A stretch of DNA of 64,000 nt, from positions 6,431 through 70,430 of the forward strand of contig JAUVLU010000008.1 of the NCBI GenBank assembly GCA_030600585.1. The letters are read 5' to 3'. Origin of the DNA: Candidatus Cloacimonadota bacterium (GTDB lineage Bacteria > Cloacimonadota > Cloacimonadia > Cloacimonadales > TCS61). The stretch's first letter is position 1. Every line of letters begins with the position of its first letter. A model generated the notes under the pieces. That model was not told the origin of the DNA. It did not search any database and saw nothing but the letters and a program-made list of their open reading frames with translations. The position numbers and the translations under genes were made by a program. Shown here in pieces: positions 56,928-64,000 of the stretch.

Positions 56928-57998
56928 ATGGCTAAGACGAAAACAGTTAAATTCAAAGAATCAATCGGATTGGACATAGGTAATCACAGCATCAAGATGG
57001 TACATCTAAAAAAAACACATCATGGTTACAAATTGCTAAATTGTGAAAGCCTTTCAACAATTCCGGAAGGGATAGAACCTGTACTCTCAGATCTATCTCC
57101 AGATCGCTATGGTCCCATATTATCTCAATTTATAAAAACGATGAAACTAAAGCCGAAAAAGATCAAGCATCTTGTTTCTTCGATAGGTGGAGATAATACA
57201 AGTATAAAGCAGATAAAGACAATATTCCTGCCGGACGAAGAGCTGGAATCTGCTTTATTCTTTGAAGCTAAGAAACATTTACCCATAAGTGGTGCGGAGA
57301 TGAATTTGGATTACCAGGTTCTAAGTGTAGAAGAGAAAACCAATAATATGAATATCTTACTCGCTTCATCTACAAAATCGTTATTAACAGAGCATTCCAG
57401 TGCCTTAACAAGTGCCGGCTTAACTCCCGGTATTGTTGATCTGGAATCGTTAGCTGTTGCAAACAGTTTTATTCTTAATAGTGAAGAAGAAGATGGTGTA
57501 TTCGTTATTCTTAATATTGGCGCATTCAAAACTAATATGGTTATATACAGTCCGACTTCTAAGTTCTTTGCTCGTGATATTGCCTTGGGTGGTTTCAATT
57601 TCACCAAAGATATTATGAAGCATCAGAAGATATCTTATGAAGAAGCTGAGATGTATAAACTGGAGCATGGCTTAAAAGAGAAAGAAACCGAAAAGAAAAA
57701 ATCTTCTCTTCTTGCTTTAGATATAACAGAAAAGAATACGGTCGAACTTATTACTCAAGAAGTGAAAAGATCTCTCCGATTCTATGTGAAAGAGGCAGGG
57801 AACAGTGATTTTAAAAAGATATTACTTGTGGGCGGAAGTGCTAGCATAAAAGGACTTCCCGAATATATTACCGAACAGCTTAAAATTACAGCCGAAGTAT
57901 TCAATCCATTTAAAAACCTCGAAGATTCAGACAGACCGGGTACAACAAATGATCCTCAATTTGCTGTTGCTCTGGGACTGGCGATGAGACCGGAATAG
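56928..57998 (+). CDS. pilM: Type IV pilus assembly protein PilM (actin-like ATPase fold)
   Basis: 356 aa with IGLDIGNHSIKMVHL at the N-terminus, later ILNIGAFKTNMVIY and LLVGGSASIKGL. Typical PilM. Confidence 0.85.
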   Translation: MAKTKTVKFKESIGLDIGNHSIKMVHLKKTHHGYKLLNCESLSTIPEGIEPVLSDLSPDRYGPILSQFIKTMKLKPKKIKHLVSSIGGDNTSIKQIKTIFLPDEELESALFFEAKKHLPISGAEMNLDYQVLSVEEKTNNMNILLASSTKSLLTEHSSALTSAGLTPGIVDLESLAVANSFILNSEEEDGVFVILNIGAFKTNMVIYSPTSKFFARDIALGGFNFTKDIMKHQKISYEEAEMYKLEHGLKEKETEKKKSSLLALDITEKNTVELITQEVKRSLRFYVKEAGNSDFKKILLVGGSASIKGLPEYITEQLKITAEVFNPFKNLEDSDRPGTTNDPQFAVALGLAMRPE

Positions 57999-58002
57999 GG
58001 GA

Positions 58003-58602
58003 GTGATGATGAATAAATTTTACTTCAAAATAAATCTTAATAAATTCGGTGAATTAAAGCAAAAAGCCGAATCTGAAAAGAGAACTTTCAGAATTTCTGC
58101 GATCAGTTATGCTGCAATATTTTTTATTGCAACAATAATTGTGATATTACTGAGCAGTAACTTAAGTGCTAAAATTAAAAATAGAAGTAAGCTATTGAAC
58201 AGTATTCGTGATGAGATCAAAACTTATAAGGTAAGTGGAGAATTCCTCTCATCGAAGGATCTGGTAAGGCTTGCCAATATTAGTTCCGAAAGGATTTTCT
58301 GGACAAAGAAGCTGGTAGCTTTATCAGAAAAAACCACTGATAAAATAGCTATAACTCATTTCTCTTTCAAGAATAATAAACTCAGCCTTTTTGGAATTAC
58401 CCGGCTTGATAAGGATCTGAAAGAATTCGATTTGATCGATGATTTTATTACTGAATTGAATAATGATAAACAAATCAATTTCGACTTTCCTGAAATTCAA
58501 TTTGTAAAATCCAGCAAGGATAAGGAAAAAGATGTTGAAATTCTCCGATTCCAGATTGATTGTATTTCTAAAAGTTATACAAAAAAAGGAGGTAGAAAAT
58601 GA
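58003..58602 (+). CDS. pilN: PilN-like pilus assembly protein
   Basis: 199 aa with an N-terminal KINLNKF motif (cf. INLLP) followed by a single TM helix. Follows pilM. The start may be the ATG at 58006 rather than the GTG at 58003. Confidence 0.6.
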   Translation: MMMNKFYFKINLNKFGELKQKAESEKRTFRISAISYAAIFFIATIIVILLSSNLSAKIKNRSKLLNSIRDEIKTYKVSGEFLSSKDLVRLANISSERIFWTKKLVALSEKTTDKIAITHFSFKNNKLSLFGITRLDKDLKEFDLIDDFITELNNDKQINFDFPEIQFVKSSKDKEKDVEILRFQIDCISKSYTKKGGRK

Positions 58603-59156
58603 TGAAGCAAAGATATCTACTTCTTTTGTTCGTAATGATCTTGAGTACTATATGTTTCTTTTATTTCAGTACAAATAATATAAAAGCAAAGATCGAAAAG
58701 ATCGATAAATACGATGAAGCGATAAAAGAAGAACAAGAAAAATTGAACAGTGCCAAAGTAATTAATGTCCAACTTCAAGAAGTATCTAAAGTTATTTTGC
58801 GAAGTATGACAGATGAAAAAGAATTTGTTATTGAAGATGTTAATGCCTTTGTAAAAAAATTGGCTGATCTGTCTGATAAATATAAGATCTCCATCGATAC
58901 TCTCTCTCCCAAAGTTGTCTCTTCCGATAAATCTTATCTCGTTGAACAAGGTTATACACTTTCAGTTGGCTGCACGTTTATCCAAATGGGACAATTTCTT
59001 TCCGAACTGGAATCTTTCGACCATATCATAAAAATTAATACTCTCGATGTTAGACCGATGAAAGAAGATAAGAACAAAACTTCCGATGAAATACTTGAAA
59101 CAAGATATAAAGTTACGTTTGAACTTTCTGTCTTTTTGATCATCAAGGAGGCATAA
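58599..59156 (+). CDS. pilO: PilO-like pilus assembly protein
   Basis: 185 aa with TM helix, coiled-coil, then an alpha/beta domain. ATGA overlap with pilN. Confidence 0.55.
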   Translation: MMKQRYLLLLFVMILSTICFFYFSTNNIKAKIEKIDKYDEAIKEEQEKLNSAKVINVQLQEVSKVILRSMTDEKEFVIEDVNAFVKKLADLSDKYKISIDTLSPKVVSSDKSYLVEQGYTLSVGCTFIQMGQFLSELESFDHIIKINTLDVRPMKEDKNKTSDEILETRYKVTFELSVFLIIKEA

Positions 59157-59157
59157 T

Positions 59158-59706
59158 ATGGAAGAAAAATATTTAAAAGATCTTGTAATTGCATTAATTG
59201 TAATTCTCTTTATTGTGCTTGGTGTTAAATGTAACAGCCTTTACAGAGATATCAAAAGTGTCTCTGTAGAATCCAAATACGAGAAATTAGCATTAAGCGA
59301 AGATCTGTTCCGTCAGATCCAGAATATTGAGCAGTCTATTCAGGATAGAAAAGAATTTGTTTTTACTGTAATTAAAGATCCACTTGAACAAAATCTGATC
59401 GTAAAAACTATTCGTGACCTTGAAAAATTATGGCGACTGGAAGTTGAGAGTATGGTTCGTCTGGAATCAACGATCGTACCGGAAGTTGGTAGGAAAATGG
59501 CTGCGATCTCTCATAAGGGAAAAACAAAAATCTATTCTATTGGTGACGATTTTTTCTACGGAAAGATAACCAATATACATCAAGGTAAGATTGTTTATAT
59601 TTATAAAGGAACAGAAAATATTCTTAAACTTCAAAAGCTTCCTGATAAACCGGAGGCAATTAAGAACGATAGTGAAGTTTCACAAGAAAGAAAATATAAT
59701 TGGTAA
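59158..59706 (+). CDS. Hypothetical membrane-anchored protein in the PilP position
   Basis: 182 aa with an N-terminal TM helix, located between pilO-like and pilQ. No recognisable lipobox. Confidence 0.35.
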   Translation: MEEKYLKDLVIALIVILFIVLGVKCNSLYRDIKSVSVESKYEKLALSEDLFRQIQNIEQSIQDRKEFVFTVIKDPLEQNLIVKTIRDLEKLWRLEVESMVRLESTIVPEVGRKMAAISHKGKTKIYSIGDDFFYGKITNIHQGKIVYIYKGTENILKLQKLPDKPEAIKNDSEVSQERKYNW

Positions 59707-59721
59707 AATAAAGGAGAATGT

Positions 59722-61131
59722 ATGAAAAATTATAACAGTAAATTACTTTTGCTGTCATTAACTGTAATGATATTGTTATCTGTGAATGTTTTTGCAGCAG
59801 AAGGATCAGATCTTTTAAACAAGAAGATCACATTAGATGCGGAAGATGCATCTGTTTCAACTATCATTTCAACAATGGCAAGATTAAGTGACTGTAATAT
59901 CGTATTGGCGATGGATACGGAAACTAAAGATGAAAAATCTGAAGAGAAGAAAATTACTATCCATATTAAAGAAGTTCCAGTCGAGCAAGCATTAGCTTTG
60001 GTTGTGAAATCTATTGGGCTTTCTTATCGTCTGGTTGGTGAGAAGACATTTATTGTAGGCGAGAGAGGCAGGATCGAAGAAGAGATCGGAGAAAGAACTT
60101 ATGTGCTGCATCTTAATTATGTTGATGTTAGTAAGATCGTGAACGCTCTTAAAATTATGCCGGGTGAATCAATTGCAATTGAAGGACAAAACGCAATTCT
60201 TATTCGTGCAAATCCCGAAACTTTTGCTGAGATAACTAACAGGATCGAAGAGATAGATGTTCCTCAAAAACAAATTGAGATTCAAGCTCGTCTTATTGAA
60301 ATCTCAGTTTCCGAAGCAGAAAAATATGGTATCGATTGGTCAAAATTGAACAAACTTACAACTATTCTTGCTGAAGATGCAAAAAGTGCAAATGGAATAG
60401 GTTTACCATACAATTTTGTTGATGAAACAGGTAATACACCTTATGGAGATTTTTCACCTTTTGGTCAGATTCCTGAAGATCAATACTTTCAGAGATTGGA
60501 AGATATTTCCGATATTGCTCATTTCAGTCGTCAGCTTACAGCTTTTGATATTACTATAGACTGGCTATTGCAAAATAATGCAGCGAAACTTCTTACAGAC
60601 ACAAGAATTACAGCTTTAAATGGAGAAGAAGCGGAAATTCATATTGGAGAAATAGTTCCTTATATTGCCGAAGATAACGAGAAACAGATACAAGTTGAAC
60701 GTGAAGAAGTCGGTATCAAACTCAAAGTTAGACCTACAATTAATTCCGAAGGACAGATCACAACAAGGATCGAACCTGAAGTTAGTTCCGTAATGGAATT
60801 GGTTGGCGGATATATTCCAAGAACTAAAATTAGAAAGATAATTTCTACTGTAACAGTACCGGATGGTCAGAGAATCTTGGTTGGTGGATTGTTGAGTACT
60901 ACCATGTCAACAACTGTAAACAAAGTTCCTATTCTTAGTCTTATTCCTTTTATTGGAAAATTGTTTCAGCATAAAGTTATCCATCTTGATAAAACTGATC
61001 TTATTATTGAAATCACTCCTCGTGTAGTTACTTATGACAATATTAATGTTAAAATAGATATCGATGAGAAACTTGAAAAAAGATTGATCAAAGAAAAAAA
61101 ATCTGATGATGTTCAGAAATTGGAGGAATAA
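59722..61131 (+). CDS. pilQ: Type IV pilus secretin PilQ
   Basis: 469 aa with a signal peptide and N-domains. C-terminal secretin motif VPDGQRILVGGLLSTTMSTTVNKVPILSLIPFIGKLF. Confidence 0.85.
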   Translation: MKNYNSKLLLLSLTVMILLSVNVFAAEGSDLLNKKITLDAEDASVSTIISTMARLSDCNIVLAMDTETKDEKSEEKKITIHIKEVPVEQALALVVKSIGLSYRLVGEKTFIVGERGRIEEEIGERTYVLHLNYVDVSKIVNALKIMPGESIAIEGQNAILIRANPETFAEITNRIEEIDVPQKQIEIQARLIEISVSEAEKYGIDWSKLNKLTTILAEDAKSANGIGLPYNFVDETGNTPYGDFSPFGQIPEDQYFQRLEDISDIAHFSRQLTAFDITIDWLLQNNAAKLLTDTRITALNGEEAEIHIGEIVPYIAEDNEKQIQVEREEVGIKLKVRPTINSEGQITTRIEPEVSSVMELVGGYIPRTKIRKIISTVTVPDGQRILVGGLLSTTMSTTVNKVPILSLIPFIGKLFQHKVIHLDKTDLIIEITPRVVTYDNINVKIDIDEKLEKRLIKEKKSDDVQKLEE

Positions 61132-62603
61132 TGAAATATTCAAAACTAATTTTATTGATTTCTATTGTTATCGTAGTTGCAGGTCTCATACTTACCGCTT
61201 GTGATAATAGAATAGTGGACCCATTAAATTATACTATTGCCAGTATGACAACAGATGAAAATGTTATTTTTTCGGATGGTGATGAAACAACTTTTGCAAC
61301 TATCAGAGTTATGCTAAAAGATAGTGATAATTTTGCCGTATTCGGACAGATTGTTAAATTTAGATCTGATTTGGGTTATATAGAACCTGCAGAAGCTACA
61401 ACAGACAGCAGCGGCATCGCGACTGTTAAATTCCACGATGGTAATGCATTTGGTTATGCAACTATCGAAGCTATAGTAGGAAGTGTTTCACAATCAATAG
61501 AGATTTATATCGATGGAGTTCCACCTCAAGATGTAAGTTCGATTGGATTTGATGTTTCCGAACAAATTCAGATCAGTGTTCAGGGAACAGGCGGTACGGA
61601 AACTTATGAACTTGTTGCAAGCCTTTATGATAGTTCCGGTCAATTGATCAATCAAGCAAAAACTGTCTATTTTGAATTGCTTTATGCACCGGTAGGAACA
61701 AATATCAATAACGTCGGTTTAATTGACAGTACAACTTCGATTGCAGGAAAAGCTTCTGTAAATATAAATAGTGGTGAACATTCCGGTATTGTTACATGTA
61801 AAGTTTCCACATATAATCTCGTGGGTGCAATTATAAGTTCAACAAAATCTAATATCGTTGTTGCCAGTGGCTTAACTCACACAGTAGAATTTGCTATTGG
61901 AGGTCATAGTTCCGGAATAGATATGGGCAGCGGTATGTGGAAAGTACAAATCTCAACTCTTCTAAATGATATCGAAGGTAACCCGGTTGCCTCCGGTACT
62001 GCTGTGTATTTCTCACTTCCGGATGAACCGGAATGGGCATCTGTTGTTGCTGCAGCTTATGTTAATAATCAAAATGCACAGGGAGATTCTCTCGCCGGTG
62101 TTGCTTACTCATATTTAATTTATGATGGATCACATACAAATGATGTGGTTAATGTAAGAATTGAAACTGGTCTTGGTGATATTTTTGAAGGTGAACTTGT
62201 TCTTCCAATCCAATATCCCGTAATAGATATTGCTGCAGTTCCACAACACGTTGACTGGTGGGAAATTCCACCGGATCCACAATATAAATCTTCTGAGATC
62301 AGGATAACCGTGATGGATGGTCAGAATAATCCGATCGATAACCAGGTCGTTGTATTCTCTACAACTCACGGTGAACCATTAGAACCGTACCCACCGGATA
62401 CCGGAGACCCTTATACAGGTTTGACAGGTGTTGTAGGTGGTGAGCATGGTAGATTGAACAAGGAAGTAGAATTCTATTATGGTGAATGTCCTGCACCTGG
62501 GACTGCACCTCCGGGAACAACTACTGCTGCCATCACAGCTCAGATCCTCGGTACTCAAACATCAAATCAAACTACTGTTACTCTGAGAAGATACGTCGAT
62601 TAA
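61131..62603 (+). CDS. Lipoprotein with bacterial Ig-like (Big_1/invasin-type) repeats
   Basis: Lipobox LILTAC. Repeated segments of the type ATIRVMLKDSDNFAVFGQIVKF..TTDSSGIATVKF. Its start overlaps the pilQ stop (TAATG). Confidence 0.55.
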   Translation: MKYSKLILLISIVIVVAGLILTACDNRIVDPLNYTIASMTTDENVIFSDGDETTFATIRVMLKDSDNFAVFGQIVKFRSDLGYIEPAEATTDSSGIATVKFHDGNAFGYATIEAIVGSVSQSIEIYIDGVPPQDVSSIGFDVSEQIQISVQGTGGTETYELVASLYDSSGQLINQAKTVYFELLYAPVGTNINNVGLIDSTTSIAGKASVNINSGEHSGIVTCKVSTYNLVGAIISSTKSNIVVASGLTHTVEFAIGGHSSGIDMGSGMWKVQISTLLNDIEGNPVASGTAVYFSLPDEPEWASVVAAAYVNNQNAQGDSLAGVAYSYLIYDGSHTNDVVNVRIETGLGDIFEGELVLPIQYPVIDIAAVPQHVDWWEIPPDPQYKSSEIRITVMDGQNNPIDNQVVVFSTTHGEPLEPYPPDTGDPYTGLTGVVGGEHGRLNKEVEFYYGECPAPGTAPPGTTTAAITAQILGTQTSNQTTVTLRRYVD

Positions 62604-62625
62604 AAAGATAATGGGAGTGTTATAA

Positions 62626-64000
62626 ATGAGTTTTAATCCTCAATATGCCAAGTTAGGTGAAGTGTTGGTTCATCAGGGTGTTGTTACTGAGCAGCAAGTT
62701 AATGAGGCACTGCAAAAGCAGAAGAATTACGGACTTAAAATCGGAGAAACGTTAGTAAAACTCGATTTTATTTCTGAAAGTGTTCTTTTGAATGCGTTAC
62801 ATCTTCAACTTGAATATGAAATAATCAAAGAAGATGAACTTCTTGAACTAGACCCTGAAGTTGTAAAGCTTATCCCGGAACCTTTTGCTGTAGAAAATAG
62901 AGTTATTGCTCTGCGTAAGCAGGATAACACAATGGTAGTTGCAATGATTGACCCAGATAATATTGTTATTCATGATAGTCTGCAGAAACTTCTGGGATTG
63001 AATATACTTCCAATGCTTATTGGTGAATCTACTCTTACGGATACTCTTGAAAAATATTATAAGGGTATCCGTACATCTTCTCAAATGGAAGATGCTGTGG
63101 GCAATTTTGAATTTGTAGCTGTTGATGAAGATGAAAATGAGATTACAATAGACAGTAAAGCTGATGCTGATGCGCCGGTTGTAAAACTTATTAATCTCAT
63201 TATCACTGAAGCTATAAAATCAAATGCAACTGATATTCATATTGAACCTCTTACAAATAATACACGTATAAGATTCAGGATAGATGGTGCATTACGTGAA
63301 GTTATGTCACCGCCAATCGGACTTCACGGCGGAATGGTCTCACTTGTTAAAGTTATGTCAAAATTGAATATTGCAGAACGAAGATTACCACAAGATGGTC
63401 ATATTTCGCTTAAAACGTCAGTGAAAAGTGTTGATGTCCGGGTTTCCATTACACCTACAGTTACCGGAGAAAAGGTTGTGATGCGTCTTTTGGATAAAGG
63501 GGAATTCGGCTTTAGCCTTACTACTCTTGGATTTTCAAAAAGTGATCTTGATATATTCCATAAATGGATCAAACGTCCTTATGGAATTACTATTGTTTCC
63601 GGTCCTACTGGTAGTGGTAAATCAACCACACTTCATGCTGCATTGAAAGAGATAAAAAATATCGAGAATAATATTGTAACAGTTGAAGATCCGGTGGAAT
63701 ACAGATTGGACGGAATTACGCAGATCGAGGCGAAAGAGAAGATCGGGCTTACGTTTGGAAAGGCACTTCGTTCTGTTCTTCGTCAAGACCCTGATATCGT
63801 ACTTATTGGTGAGATCCGTGATGAGGAAACTGCTGATATTGCTATCAAATTCTCACTTACCGGTCATCTGGTATTTACCACACTTCATGCAAATGATGCG
63901 CCTTCAACTATTACCAGACTTGTTGATATTGGCATACCTTCATATCTCGTAGCATCTTCTTTGAATCTTGTAATGGCACAACGTTTGGTACGTAAGATCT
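62626..64000 (+). CDS. pilB: Type IV pilus assembly ATPase PilB/GspE family (3' end beyond window)
   Basis: My own translation from ATG 62626 (GGGAG RBS) gives MSFNPQYAKLGEVLVHQGVVTEQQVNEALQKQ.. (MshEN/T2SSE_N-type N-domain), then ATDIHIEP, GPTGSGKSTT, TVEDPVEY and IGEIRDEETA. The frame stays open to the window end, which is why it is missing from the ORF track. Confidence 0.9.
   Translation, partial: MSFNPQYAKLGEVLVHQGVVTEQQVNEALQKQKNYGLKIGETLVKLDFISESVLLNALHLQLEYEIIKEDELLELDPEVVKLIPEPFAVENRVIALRKQDNTMVVAMIDPDNIVIHDSLQKLLGLNILPMLIGESTLTDTLEKYYKGIRTSSQMEDAVGNFEFVAVDEDENEITIDSKADADAPVVKLINLIITEAIKSNATDIHIEPLTNNTRIRFRIDGALREVMSPPIGLHGGMVSLVKVMSKLNIAERRLPQDGHISLKTSVKSVDVRVSITPTVTGEKVVMRLLDKGEFGFSLTTLGFSKSDLDIFHKWIKRPYGITIVSGPTGSGKSTTLHAALKEIKNIENNIVTVEDPVEYRLDGITQIEAKEKIGLTFGKALRSVLRQDPDIVLIGEIRDEETADIAIKFSLTGHLVFTTLHANDAPSTITRLVDIGIPSYLVASSLNLVMAQRLVRKI

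Overview
This is an AT-rich bacterial chromosomal segment. Spot counts by eye give about 23% GC in the 35.3 kb block and about 57% inside the RND pump gene. The host is a diderm, because TolC-type proteins, an RND pump, a PilQ secretin and T9SS C-terminal sorting domains are all present. The T9SS tails and a UpxY-type NusG paralog suggest the FCB group. Cloacimonadota-like is my guess and cannot be verified here.

Gene content in order:
- a partial MORN/YwqK repeat protein
- two amidohydrolases and maf
- a teichoic-acid-style locus: LicC-like nucleotidyltransferase, CDP-alcohol phosphatidyltransferase, three TagF-like genes, LicD and an MsbA-like ABC exporter
- rpsO-pnp-ahcY
- a polysaccharide mini-locus with a UpxY-like antiterminator
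- hflKC and tadA
- a tRNA-Ser(CGA) locus carrying a small GIY-YIG nuclease gene
- a TolC-like gene and an AMMECR1 gene
- a padR-tolC-mfp-rnd efflux operon interrupted by a RAYT transposase
- an AT-rich block of small secreted proteins plus an ATP-grasp enzyme
- four large T9SS-sorted surface proteins, one an M14 carboxypeptidase
- a near-complete type IV pilus cluster (pilA, pilT, minor pilins, pilMNO, pilQ, pilB)

No rRNA, CRISPR array or prophage was seen.

The most unusual signals are non-coding:
1. The tRNA-Ser 5' half is repeated four times, always broken inside the anticodon, around the GIY-YIG gene.
2. A RAYT and about 243-bp direct repeats made of a 13-bp dyad REP family split the efflux operon.
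3. Highly conserved mosaic repeats lie 3' of the T9SS cargo genes. They include a phased AACGTG array and a 14-bp duplication across the stop codons.
4. Sigma-54-type -24/-12 motifs lie upstream of two giant T9SS cargo genes and the pilin gene.
5. Several short palindromic repeat families fill nearly every long spacer.

All functional calls come from reading motifs in the supplied translations. No database search was possible.
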